52,630 nucleotides of DNA from Candidatus Woesearchaeota archaeon (GCA_038884715.1 JAWABG010000003.1:41304-93933); one strand, 5' to 3'. Counted from the first letter of the stretch, positions 29,096 to 38,383 are shown. Notes: generated by a model not told the origin, from the sequence alone. Numbers and translations: made by a program.

Positions 29096-31000
29096 TTACT
29101 CCTTATCAAAAAATTTTATAAGTTGTTTCTCATAATCTAGTGTTATATCTATATCCCAATCTATAGGAAACAATTTTCGATAAATTGGAAAGACATATCG
29201 CATATCTAAGAATATGACTGCTCCCCTGTCTGTTTCACTCCTAATGCACCTGCCGGCTCCCTGAATTGTTCTTGTAATGGCGGGTATGACATAACCATAA
29301 TCCCAACCTTTACCAAATTTTTTATCATAATACTCAATAAGTGCCTTGGTTTCCAAATTTGGTTTTTGTAAAGGCAAACCAACCATTATAACACACTTTA
29401 GATAATCGCCTGGCAAGTCAATCCCCTCAGAAAAACTTCCACTAACCACCCCGAGTAAAACAGCTCCTGACTTATTATAACTCTTAAAATTCTCTAAGAA
29501 TTCCTCTTTTTCATTCTTTTTCATTCCACTTCTCTCAAAAAATATTGTTTTGTTGGTTTTTCTTGATATCATCTCACTCATCTTTGTCATCAGTTCGTAA
29601 CTTGGAAAAAATATCACCGAATTTCCAGGTACTATATTAACAATTTTTGAACAAATATCACTTATGTGTATATACTGCAATTCATTTCTTTCCATAAATT
29701 TTGTGCTTGTGCTAGGAACTATTATATTTAATCGGTTCTTTTTAGGAAATGGACTTACAAAACTCTTCTCGTTGGCATTTTTAACTCCTAATAAATCCTT
29801 GTACATACTAGTCGGATTAAGCGTTCCGCTCATAAGTATTGAATGGTAACATTCATCAAAAATTTTTTTAGTTATAATTGATGTATCAAGACATCTATAG
29901 CTTAGAGCTATTATTTCATCATTACCTTTAGTGTCAAGAGACACAATTCTTGTAAAACCCTCATCCCCATTTTTCCATTGCTCTAAAAAATTTGAAATTG
30001 AACCTATATATGACATACGCTGAGCCCGCCTCACCGCATCACTGATTAAATTAAGCTCAATAATTAAATCATCATAATCTTTGATTTTTTGGACTTTTTC
30101 AACAAAATTTTCTCTCGTGATATATTGTTCTTTTTGAAAAGATCTATTCCATATTTCGTTTTTATTATTTTCTATAATTTTTTGATTCTTGATGAGTTTA
30201 GAATAATTTTTTAGTATTTCACCCAATTCTTTAATTACGTGTAGAGCTTCTGGATGAAACTTTCTAGCTTCTTTAATAGCTCGTTCTATAATTATATTTG
30301 TAAGAAATGCAGAACTCAAATCTTTGATTCTGGAAGGAAGATTATGCGCTTCATCAACAACAACAATACATTCATCAATTTTAATATCCAATTTTTTGAA
30401 TACAGTTTCCCGTACATAAGGATTAAATATATAGCTATAATCACCAATAATTATTGTAGTATTTTTTGCAATCAGTAATGAAAGCTCGTAAGGACATATT
30501 GCGACTCTTTTTCCTTCCTCAAAAACTTCTTCTATTGTACAAATTTTTTCTTTCAAAAGTTTATATGATATTTTCGCTTCTGAACTAATCCTTTCTCCTT
30601 TTTTAAAATTTTCAAAAAATACACATTGATGATCTGCAACAAGGGCTCTGCAGTATTCTAAAAAATCTCTGCTTCTTAATAAAGTTACATTTTCTTGCAC
30701 ACAAAGCCATTTTTTTCCAATAATACTTATTCCTGTGATTTTTGTATTATTCTTCTTATTAATCTGTTGAAGAGTCTCAATAATAATCTTGTGCTGAGTA
30801 TGTCTTGATGTTAGAAAGAAAACTTTGAGTTGATTTTTAATTGCAAAAGGCAATACAACACTCAAAACAGCAGCAGTTTTCCCAAGCCCTGTAGGAGCAT
30901 TAACAACAGAATGAGTATTATTTCTAAGATTTTCACTCAAAAATTTAATAAGATCTTCTTGACTTTCTCTTATTTTATCAAAGGGAAATAGAAGCTCCAT
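29096..31000 (-). CDS. xpd: XPD/Rad3-family 5'-3' DNA helicase (FeS-cluster helicase)
   Basis: Walker A NAPTGLGKT, four Cys of the FeS domain (WLCVQEN, EYCRAL, HQCVFF, ICPYE), DEAH box VVVDEAHNL, and C-terminal motifs SGSFSEGIDLPG and QGAGRCIRSETDRG. Confidence 0.85.
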   Translation of the reverse strand: MELLFPFDKIRESQEDLIKFLSENLRNNTHSVVNAPTGLGKTAAVLSVVLPFAIKNQLKVFFLTSRHTQHKIIIETLQQINKKNNTKITGISIIGKKWLCVQENVTLLRSRDFLEYCRALVADHQCVFFENFKKGERISSEAKISYKLLKEKICTIEEVFEEGKRVAICPYELSLLIAKNTTIIIGDYSYIFNPYVRETVFKKLDIKIDECIVVVDEAHNLPSRIKDLSSAFLTNIIIERAIKEARKFHPEALHVIKELGEILKNYSKLIKNQKIIENNKNEIWNRSFQKEQYITRENFVEKVQKIKDYDDLIIELNLISDAVRRAQRMSYIGSISNFLEQWKNGDEGFTRIVSLDTKGNDEIIALSYRCLDTSIITKKIFDECYHSILMSGTLNPTSMYKDLLGVKNANEKSFVSPFPKKNRLNIIVPSTSTKFMERNELQYIHISDICSKIVNIVPGNSVIFFPSYELMTKMSEMISRKTNKTIFFERSGMKKNEKEEFLENFKSYNKSGAVLLGVVSGSFSEGIDLPGDYLKCVIMVGLPLQKPNLETKALIEYYDKKFGKGWDYGYVIPAITRTIQGAGRCIRSETDRGAVIFLDMRYVFPIYRKLFPIDWDIDITLDYEKQLIKFFDKE

Positions 31001-31162
31001 GAATTTAGGAATTTTATTATTTTTATAAAGTTAATTGTGTTCATTTAAAAAGAATTTAAAAATAGAAATAAAGTATAATATACAATAATATATAATATAA
31101 AAGTATAAATTAATATAATAGTAATAATAATATTAATAAATAAATCTCACCAAAATAAAATT

Positions 31163-31609
31163 ATGAAGTACGCCCACACTATTGAGATTAGGGTTTTTGT
31201 TAATCCACAAGATAATGAAGATTTTATTAGAAATACTTTTATTAAATTACTCTCACTTGATCCTAAAAAAGAGAATGTGAAAATAAATAGGAGTTCCGCT
31301 TTAGGTTTTAATGAAAAAAAGATAGTAATCCTCGAAGCTCAATTAGTTAAAGACAGACATATAAGTACTTTTCTCGATCATTTAAATTACAATTTGAAAC
31401 GAGAACAAAAAAATTTACTTTTAAGACAAACAAATAGATTAGATGACAATCTTAATTTTTTTATTCGATTCGATAAAGACAAATTATTAAACAACGAATA
31501 TTTTATTATTGATCATGGTAATTGCTTTCATATAAGAATAAATATCGCTGCTTTTCCAAGATCAAGAGAAGCAGCAATAAAAGTTATTGGCAATATATTT
31601 AAAGATTAA
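31163..31609 (+). CDS. DUF54/COG1325-like predicted RNA-binding protein (tentative)
   Basis: The N-terminus AHTIEIRVFVNPQDNEDFIRNTFIKLL resembles the conserved start of the archaeal 'RNA_binding' (DUF54) family. The size fits (148 aa). Recognised from memory only. Confidence 0.35.
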   Translation: MKYAHTIEIRVFVNPQDNEDFIRNTFIKLLSLDPKKENVKINRSSALGFNEKKIVILEAQLVKDRHISTFLDHLNYNLKREQKNLLLRQTNRLDDNLNFFIRFDKDKLLNNEYFIIDHGNCFHIRINIAAFPRSREAAIKVIGNIFKD

Positions 31610-31675
31610 ATATAAAAAATTATAAAAAATAAAATTATCTGACAAAAGAATAAGAAAATAAAAAAAGAGGATTTT

Positions 31676-33916
31676 ATGGATATTTCAAAAGAAGAGCTTA
31701 GGCATATAGAGGAAGAGTACAAGGCAAAAATTGATAAACAATTAAAAAATTTTAGCCCGGAACAATTACAGCCAATAACAACAAGAGAATATAATAAATT
31801 TAAGATGGAATATATGCCAAAGCACATGAATTTTTATGAAAGACTCTGCAATATTTCAGAAAAAATACTTAATCTTAAGGCAGATAAGAAAAAAATACCA
31901 GAAATACAAGAAGCAATTAATATATGTCATTTAAATGTTACAACAAGTGGTGTTGCAAGTGCTGCAATATTTTTACCATTAGTTATAGTATTATTGGGTT
32001 TATTATTTGGATTTATTCTTCCCATGCTTTTAAGTCCTGAAAGTCAAATAAACATGTTTTTAACGTTAATCTTTCTTGTTATTGCTGTTATTTTAATTAT
32101 ACCTCTGCAGAAATTTCCTTTTTTTCTTGCTAATAGATGGAGAATGAAGGCGAGCAATCAAATGGTTCTGAGTGTATTTTACATTGTAACATATATGAGA
32201 CATACAAGCAATTTGGAAAATGCAATCAAATTTGCTGCAGAACATCTTAATCCTCCATTATCACTAGATCTAAAAAAAGTTTTATGGGATGTTGAGACAG
32301 GAAAATATAGTAATATAAAGGAATCGCTTGATAATTACTTAGAATCATGGAAAAAATGGAATATGGAATATATAGAAAGTATCCATTTAATCGAGAGCAG
32401 TCTATACGAACAATTCGAGGATCGCAGATTGAACGCGCTGGATAAAGCATTAAATACAATACTGGAAGAGACTTACGAAAAAATGCTTCATTATGCTCAC
32501 AGTCTTCAAGGCCCCCTCACAATGCTGCATATGCTTGGAATAATTCTACCAATTCTAGGACTTGTTATTTTACCACTTGCCGTTAATTTTATCGGAGGAA
32601 TAGAATGGTATCATTTAATGCTACTCTACAATATTATTCTTCCAATAATTGTTTATTATATCGGAAAATCTATTTTAACAACAAGGCCCACAGGTTATGG
32701 TGAGAGTGATATTTCTGAAAATAATCCTGAAATAAAAAAATATAAGAATATTATTCTTAAATGGGGAAAGGAAGAAATAAAAATCAATCCACTATATATT
32801 GCAATATTTGTTTTTAGTCTTCTTTTTTTTATTGGAATACTTCCCTTAATAATACATTCAATAATACCAGAATTTGACATTGTAATTAATCAAAACGGAT
32901 TAATGCTTGTTAATGTAAACCAGCAAGATCAAATAAAGGGATCAACATATCAACTCTTAGGATATAGAACAGATCCCCAGACTCAAAAAACTAAAGGCCC
33001 GTTTGGAATAGGTTCTGCAATAATAAGCCTTGTTTTAACATTAAGTTTTGGTATAGGGATAGGACTGTATTATTATATAAAGAGTAAAAACGTAATCAAA
33101 ATTCGAAACCAGGCAAAAAAACTTGAGCAAGAATTTGCTAGCGCACTTTTTCAGCTTGGAAACAGAATAGGAGATGGGATTCCTGCAGAGATAGCATTCA
33201 GGAAAGTTGCTATTGTAATGCAAGGAACAATAAGCGGTAAATTCTTCGAGATAGTGGACTTAAATATTTCAAAACTTGGTATGAGCGTCGAGCAAGCAAT
33301 CTTTGATCCAAAAAAAGGAGCACTGATTTATTTCCCTTCAACTATTATTGAAACCTCGATGAAGGTATTAGTTCAGAGTAGTAAAAAAGGTAACATAGTT
33401 ACGAGTCAAGCATTAATCAATGTTTCAACTTATATAAAAGAGATGCACAGGGTTGATGAAAGACTTAAGGATTTAATGAGTGATATTATTAGTAACATGA
33501 AAAATCAGATAAGTTTTCTTACTCCTGCAATTTCAGGAATTGTTGTCGGAATTTCATCAATGATTACTGCAATTCTTGGAAGTCTTGGCACTCAGCTTTC
33601 ACAATTAACAAGCGAAGGAGGGAGTTTACCTGAAGGGGGTGGAAATATCGGAATGGTAATGCTTGAAATGTTTGGAATAGGAGTTCCGCCATATTATTTC
33701 CAGTTCATGGTAGGACTCTATGTTGTACAGATTATATTTATTCTAACAGTTCTCGTAAATGGAATTCAGAACGGATCAGATACTCTTAATGAGCATTATT
33801 TATTAGGTAATAACTTAATAAAAAGCACAATAACTTATTGCATAATTGCTTTTATTGTAATGCTAATATTTAACATTATAGCTGCATCAATTATTGGAAA
33901 TATACAGATTACATAA
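31676..33916 (+). CDS. Large polytopic membrane protein with two GspF/TadC/FlaJ-like (T2SS-F) repeats, a putative type IV filament platform protein
   Basis: Two cytoplasmic helical-bundle segments, each followed by TM clusters. The second reads FASALFQLGNRIGDGIPAEIAFRKVA...LGMSVEQAIFD...YFPSTIIETSMKVLVQSSKKGN, which follows the T2SS-F pattern. The first (NLENAIKFAAEHLNPPLSLDLKKVLWDVETGKYSNIKESL) is a weaker copy. No secretion ATPase or pilin gene is adjacent. Confidence 0.45.
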   Translation: MDISKEELRHIEEEYKAKIDKQLKNFSPEQLQPITTREYNKFKMEYMPKHMNFYERLCNISEKILNLKADKKKIPEIQEAINICHLNVTTSGVASAAIFLPLVIVLLGLLFGFILPMLLSPESQINMFLTLIFLVIAVILIIPLQKFPFFLANRWRMKASNQMVLSVFYIVTYMRHTSNLENAIKFAAEHLNPPLSLDLKKVLWDVETGKYSNIKESLDNYLESWKKWNMEYIESIHLIESSLYEQFEDRRLNALDKALNTILEETYEKMLHYAHSLQGPLTMLHMLGIILPILGLVILPLAVNFIGGIEWYHLMLLYNIILPIIVYYIGKSILTTRPTGYGESDISENNPEIKKYKNIILKWGKEEIKINPLYIAIFVFSLLFFIGILPLIIHSIIPEFDIVINQNGLMLVNVNQQDQIKGSTYQLLGYRTDPQTQKTKGPFGIGSAIISLVLTLSFGIGIGLYYYIKSKNVIKIRNQAKKLEQEFASALFQLGNRIGDGIPAEIAFRKVAIVMQGTISGKFFEIVDLNISKLGMSVEQAIFDPKKGALIYFPSTIIETSMKVLVQSSKKGNIVTSQALINVSTYIKEMHRVDERLKDLMSDIISNMKNQISFLTPAISGIVVGISSMITAILGSLGTQLSQLTSEGGSLPEGGGNIGMVMLEMFGIGVPPYYFQFMVGLYVVQIIFILTVLVNGIQNGSDTLNEHYLLGNNLIKSTITYCIIAFIVMLIFNIIAASIIGNIQIT

Positions 33917-33996
33917 AAAATTCTATTAACCGAAACTCATTTAAATACCTTTTTTGTTCTTTTTTTTATCAAAAAATTTATTTATCCTTAACAGAT

Positions 33997-34107
33997 GGGG
34001 CGATAACTCAGACTGGGAGAGTGCACCGCTGAAGTGTGGAGAATTACATAACTGAGTTTTTCATCTCAAATCCGGTGATGTCCTGGGTTCAAATCCCAGT
34101 CGCCCCA
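33997..34107 (+). tRNA. tRNA-Phe(GAA) with a 37-nt intron at 37/38 (34035-34071)
   Basis: Acceptor GGGGCGA/TCGCCCC plus A73. D arm ACTC-AGACTGGGA-GAGT. Anticodon stem CACCG/CGGTG with loop CTGAAG|intron|C. Variable loop ATGTC. T arm CTGGG-TTCAAAT-CCCAG. No encoded CCA. The central BHB helix has only 3 of 4 pairs (CTGA/TCAA, one C-A mismatch), i.e. a relaxed motif. Confidence 0.9.
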
Positions 34108-34209
34108 TATTATATGTAATTTATTATTATATTAATTTATTATTATTATATATGTAATTCATTACAATGTTCTAATTCTTATAATCCAATTTGATAATAT
34201 TTTATAGAA

Positions 34210-35418
34210 TTAGTTTCTAAGCCACTCAATTTCTTCGTTATTTAGTTCAAATTCATCAGCAAGTCTTACAGAATTTTTCTTATCTTTTTTAAAAATTGTT
34301 TTCATATATAGAATTGTATCCTTAATCACTTTTTTTTTGCTTGTGTGAGTTTTTTCAGCAATCTTTTCTGCAATAGAATCCCTCCTCGTGTTTTTCATGT
34401 TTGACATCCAAATTTTAAGTATTCTTGAGCTTTCCTTATACTGGACAAATTTTTTGTATTTTTCTTTTTTTGATATTGCAACTCCAACGCTGAGCAAATT
34501 ATAGCAATAAACATAAAATCTGTAGTACTGCCATTTTCTTATTCTTCCAAAAAATATATCTGCTTTTGCCACATTATCATATGCATTTTTTAAATCATTA
34601 ATCTCTGTATATTCATATGGTAAGTTGTAATCAAGCCATAGAAAGATTTTTTCAAGGTCCTCATTAATATTATCAAAAGCGCTTATTGCTATATTAACAT
34701 CTTTTGTCTTAAAAACTTTCAACATTGCATTAATAATAGTGTCTGTTTTCTCTCTAAAAGATAATTCTTCTATATCCCGACTATTAATTCTTCCGTCTGA
34801 TGCAAATATCTCTAAGTCATTAATGGCTGCTCTCATATCACCCCTAGAAATATGGCTCAGTTTATTTAAAGCATCATTATCATATGCAATATGCTCATTA
34901 TCACATATCTTTTTTAATTTTGCAAAAATAGTTGTTGCATTTAGGGGTTTAAAATTTATCATCACACATTTTTTTCTAAGACTGGAAAGTTTTTGGTCCC
35001 ATGGATCGTTTGCAATTATTATAATTGGGTAATTTGATTTTTCAATTAATTTCAATAATGCCTGAACACCTCCTCTATCAGTGTTACCTGCTAATCCATC
35101 AATCTCATCTATCAAAATAATCTTGCCTTGAAAGAAAAAAGATTTGTTATTCAATGCTTGACCAATAAGACTATTTATTTGATCAGCATTTCTTGTATCA
35201 CTTGCATTAAGCTCAAATAATTCAAAACCCAACTCTTCTGCAATGGCATGAATTGAACTTGTTTTTCCATTTCCATTATCACCATAAACCAGTAAAGCCT
35301 TTTTTCCTTTTTTAGTATAATTAATCACAAAATCCTTTATTTTTATCAAAGAATCTTCATTGCCTACAACATCACACACTTTTCTTGGCTTATACTTGTT
35401 TATCCAAGGAACATCCAT
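34210..35418 (-). CDS. rfcL: Replication factor C large subunit
   Basis: PWINKYKPRKVCDVVGNE, Walker A LVYGDNGNGKTSS, Walker B IILIDEIDGL, a sensor region, and the C-terminal basic/PCNA-interaction-like tail typical of archaeal RFC-L. Confidence 0.85.
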   Translation of the reverse strand: MDVPWINKYKPRKVCDVVGNEDSLIKIKDFVINYTKKGKKALLVYGDNGNGKTSSIHAIAEELGFELFELNASDTRNADQINSLIGQALNNKSFFFQGKIILIDEIDGLAGNTDRGGVQALLKLIEKSNYPIIIIANDPWDQKLSSLRKKCVMINFKPLNATTIFAKLKKICDNEHIAYDNDALNKLSHISRGDMRAAINDLEIFASDGRINSRDIEELSFREKTDTIINAMLKVFKTKDVNIAISAFDNINEDLEKIFLWLDYNLPYEYTEINDLKNAYDNVAKADIFFGRIRKWQYYRFYVYCYNLLSVGVAISKKEKYKKFVQYKESSRILKIWMSNMKNTRRDSIAEKIAEKTHTSKKKVIKDTILYMKTIFKKDKKNSVRLADEFELNNEEIEWLRN

Positions 35419-35528
35419 ATAAACTTATGGAAAACACTAGAAGATTAAAAATCTTACTAAATATAGAAAAATATTTAAAATCAAAATATAAGAATAACTA
35501 AATAAATCATTAATGGAGAGGATGGATA

Positions 35529-35708
35529 ATGGCAAACAAAAAAATAGCAATAATAGGAATAATATTAATTATTATTGGACTTATAGGTACTTTTTATGGA
35601 TTATCATTGTTAGTTCAGACACCAACTATAAAAGCAATAATATTTACCGCTGTAGGATTAATTCTAGTAGTTCTGGGATTCTTTTTCTATACCAATAATA
35701 AAGGTTAA
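35529..35708 (+). CDS. Small two-TM membrane protein (59 aa, alternative frame to the track ORF)
   Basis: Hand translation: MANKKIAIIGIILIIIGLIGTFYGLSLLVQTPTIKAIIFTAVGLILVVLGFFFYTNNKG. GGAGAGG lies 8 nt upstream. This is more protein-like than the overlapping 61-aa N/Y/I-rich track ORF 35513..35698. Confidence 0.4.
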   Translation: MANKKIAIIGIILIIIGLIGTFYGLSLLVQTPTIKAIIFTAVGLILVVLGFFFYTNNKG

Positions 35709-35909
35709 AAATATAGGGATTTGTTTTTTATTTAGTATTAAGTTTTTTATTTTTTAAAAGAATATAATAAAAAAATATAAAAAAACACGTATCTAATTTA
35801 TTAGTTGTTTTATTTTATTAATTATTTCTTATTGTTTTTATTTAGAAAAAAAGCATTAATACTTAAATTAAGAATTTGTTAAAATAATAATTAATATTAA
35901 ATTTAATAT

Positions 35910-36002
35910 TACGGTTGCCGGGAGTCGAACCCGGGCCACAAGCTCATTCCAGATTCTAGTAATCTGTGGGAAGCTCGGATCATACCGTTAGACCACAACC
36001 GT
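35910..36002 (-). tRNA. tRNA-Gly(CCC) with a 22-nt canonical intron (35945-35966)
   Basis: Minus strand: acceptor ACGGTTG/CAACCGT plus A73. D arm GTCT-AACGGTA-TGAT (G10-U25, as in many tRNA-Gly). Perfect BHB: CGAGC-TTCC-[CAC]-AGATT-ACTAG-AATCT-GGAA-[TGA]-GCTTG. Mature loop TTCCCAA. 4-nt variable loop TGGC. T arm CCGGG-TTCGACT-CCCGG. Confidence 0.85.
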
Positions 36003-36194
36003 GTAAAATATTAAAAAAACTAAATTATATTGGTATAAATAAATTATGGAAATAAATATGTTGTGAAAATAATAATTTGTTAGCTTGGCATATTAATTAT
36101 ATAACATTAATAACATTTAAGAGAAGAATAACAAAAAGAAGTTCTGAGTTAATCAAAACCTTTTTAATTACTCTATAACTCTTTAAATGATTAT

Positions 36195-36321
36195 GCGGGA
36201 GTGCCGGAGTGGTCAAATGGAATAATAAGCCAGACTTTACGGGCACGGTTCAGGTAACATAAAAATGTTTGAGTTGCCGTGTGGCTTAGTGCCTACGTGG
36301 GTTCAAGTCCTACCTCCCGCA
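36195..36321 (+). tRNA. tRNA-Leu(CAG) with two introns: D-loop (36217-36238) and 37/38 (36255-36275)
   Basis: Acceptor GCGGGAG/CTCCCGC plus A73. Class II variable arm TGGCTTAGTGCCTAC. T arm GTGGG-TTCAAGT-CCTAC. Anticodon BHB: CACGG-TTCA-[GGT]-AACAT-AAAA-ATGTT-TGAG-[TTG]-CCGTG. D-region BHB: GGTC-[AAA]-TGG...CCA-GACT-[TTA]-CGG. Removing both introns gives an 84-nt class II tRNA with D arm CCG-GAGTGGTCAAA-CGG. Confidence 0.85.
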
Positions 36322-36330
36322 TTTTTAAAA

Positions 36331-36571
36331 ATGGTTAAATATCTTCATCTTGTGGATAATAATAGATTAGTTGGTAAGATTTCTCGAGAAGAAACTCTAA
36401 AAACTAATTGCATACAGAAGTGTTACAATTCTTGTTATAAATAAAAAAAATTATTCAGAAAAGATATTCACAAAAGAACAAAAAATAAGGAAATTTATCT
36501 TTCATTGTGATATTTTTGTAAGTGGCGGATTACAAAACTTACAAAAGAGAGCCATAAGAAAAATAAAATAG
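36331..36571 (+). pseudogene. Possible decayed Nudix/IDI-like gene (frameshifted and truncated)
   Basis: Frame 1 gives MVKYLHLVDNNRLVGKISREETLKTN... with a stop at 36442. The +1 frame continues as LIAYRSVTILVINKKNYSEKIFTKEQKIRKFIFHCDIFVSGGLQ..., which resembles the N-terminal half of Nudix/IDI proteins (h-H-R-A-hshhhhN, P-G-x-W-D-x-S-V-GG). No Nudix box follows. Confidence 0.25.
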
Positions 36572-37183
36572 AAAGTTGGAATAATTAATTCAAAAATCGG
36601 TTTTTATGTAAAAATAAAGTGCATTTAAATGAGATTTCAATAACACAATTCATACTTGGAACAAAAGATATCAGAGCGACGACAGTATTCCCGATGAACA
36701 GCGAGACTTTACTGTAAAAAATTTATTATTTTCTTTAATTTTTTATAACCTTTCAAAAATCCTTTGGATTTTCTTAGTTTATTGCCATAAACTTTTTAAA
36801 ACATGTTTATTTCTTGTTTTATTAATGAAGGCATTGATAACCATTGACATGTTTGTTAGATATATTGAGATAAGAAAAGAAAAGTATAGATTAATTAATA
36901 ACCAACTTAAGCTTATTCAGGCATTTAAGAAGTCAAAACAAAATAGTCGAAATTTATTTTGGGGGCATTTATCCCATGGTCTGTGTGTATTTCTCAGCAA
37001 CCGACATAGCAATGAGAGGCATTCTTCCAAATATAATTTCAGACGCTTCAAGCTCTCTGCGATAGACAGAACTCATAATTAAAACCTTAAAAGGTTCAGC
37101 GAAATATTAGGACTGGTGATAACAACAAAAGAACTAACTAATAAATTAGACAAAAAAATTTAAAAAAATTAATAAGTGACAAA

Positions 37184-38383
37184 ATGCTCATTGGGATCGT
37201 GGCGAAGCCTAATACTGGAAAAAGCACTTTATTCAAAGCATTGACTTTAGCAGACGTATTAATAGCAAATTATCCCTTTGCAACTATAGCACCCAATCAC
37301 GGGATTGGCTTCGTAAAGGTTGACTGTGTCGATACTTTTTTTAATACACAATGCAATCCGAGAGAAGGTTTTTGCATCGAGCATAAAAGATTTATTCCTG
37401 TTGAACTGATTGATGTTGCAGGTCTTGTGCCGGGTGCTCACGAAGGAAAAGGAATGGGAAACCAGTTTCTTGATGACTTAAACCAAGCTGATTGTTTGAT
37501 TCATGTTATTGACATTTCTGGAAGTACCAATGAAAAAGGAGAACAAGTTGCAACAGGCAGTTATAATCCAGAAAATGATATTAAATTCTTAGAAACAGAA
37601 TTAGATTATTGGTATTTACGAATTCTAAAAAAAGGTTGGGAGAAATTTTCAAGGCAAATTATGCAGGAGCATAAAAAAATAGAAATCGAACTTGCAAAAC
37701 AACTTTCAGGTCTTAGAGTCAACGAAGATATTGCTAAACAAGCAATTAAAAATTTGAAATTAAACCCGGACAAGCCCGCAGAATGGAGCGAAGACGAGCT
37801 TCTCACTCTTGCAAGTGAACTACGAAAAAAAACAAAGCCAATAATTATTGCAGCCAACAAGATTGATGTCAGGGGAGCAAAAGAAAAATATGAACAATTA
37901 AAAAAAGACTTTCCAAATTATATTATTATACCTTGTAGTGCAGAATCAGAACTTGCATTAAAAGAAGCTGCAAAAAAACAATTGATTAATTATATACCAG
38001 GAGAGAATCATTTTGAGATTATAGACGAGAGAAAGGTGTCTGAGCAACAAAGAAAAGCTCTTGATTTTATTCAAAAAAATATTTTAGAACCATTTGAAAC
38101 AACTGGAGCTCAGACAGTCCTAAATACTGCAGTTTTTGACATGCTTAAATATATTGCAATATTCCCGGGCGGGCTTCATAAACTAGAGGATCAGTATGGA
38201 AGAAAGCTTCCTGACTGTTTCCTAATGCCACCAGGAACAACAGCTTTAGATTTTGCATATAAACTACATTCTGACTTAGGAGACCATTTCATTAGGGCAA
38301 TAGACGTAAAGAAAAAATTGACTGTAGGTAAAGAACATAAATTAAACCATCTTGATGTTATAGAGATTATAAGTGGAAAATAG
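37184..38383 (+). CDS. Obg-family GTPase (YchF/Ygr210-like) with C-terminal TGS domain
   Basis: G1 GIVAKPNTGKSTLF, G3 IDVAGLVPGA, G4 AANKIDV, and a C-terminal TGS-like segment PPGTTALDFAYKLHSDLGDHFIRAIDV...LNHLDVIEI. Confidence 0.85.
   Translation: MLIGIVAKPNTGKSTLFKALTLADVLIANYPFATIAPNHGIGFVKVDCVDTFFNTQCNPREGFCIEHKRFIPVELIDVAGLVPGAHEGKGMGNQFLDDLNQADCLIHVIDISGSTNEKGEQVATGSYNPENDIKFLETELDYWYLRILKKGWEKFSRQIMQEHKKIEIELAKQLSGLRVNEDIAKQAIKNLKLNPDKPAEWSEDELLTLASELRKKTKPIIIAANKIDVRGAKEKYEQLKKDFPNYIIIPCSAESELALKEAAKKQLINYIPGENHFEIIDERKVSEQQRKALDFIQKNILEPFETTGAQTVLNTAVFDMLKYIAIFPGGLHKLEDQYGRKLPDCFLMPPGTTALDFAYKLHSDLGDHFIRAIDVKKKLTVGKEHKLNHLDVIEIISGK

Noticed and set aside
31606-31827. 73-aa minus-strand ORF overlapping the start of the FlaJ-like gene
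   Set aside because: It is antisense to the start of a 746-aa ORF and to the spacer upstream of it. The translation is C/S/F/I-rich and low-complexity.
35513-35698. 61-aa track ORF (MERMDNGKQKNSNNRNNINYYW...)
   Set aside because: The N/Y/I-rich translation looks non-protein-like. The overlapping +2 frame (35529..35708) encodes a clean two-TM mini-protein with a GGAGAGG site upstream, so that frame was reported instead.
35910-36002. Alternative reading of this tRNA as tRNA-Trp (CCA occurs in TTCCCACA)
   Set aside because: That register would put C at position 33 and break the BHB. The CCC register gives U33 and A37, a perfect 4-bp central helix with two 3-nt bulges, a 4-nt variable loop and a Gly-type D arm.
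36825-37082. 85-aa plus-strand track ORF in the decay zone after tRNA-Leu
   Set aside because: It has no motif, start context or partner gene, and it sits amid fragments readable on both strands. It is treated as part of the decayed region rather than as a gene.
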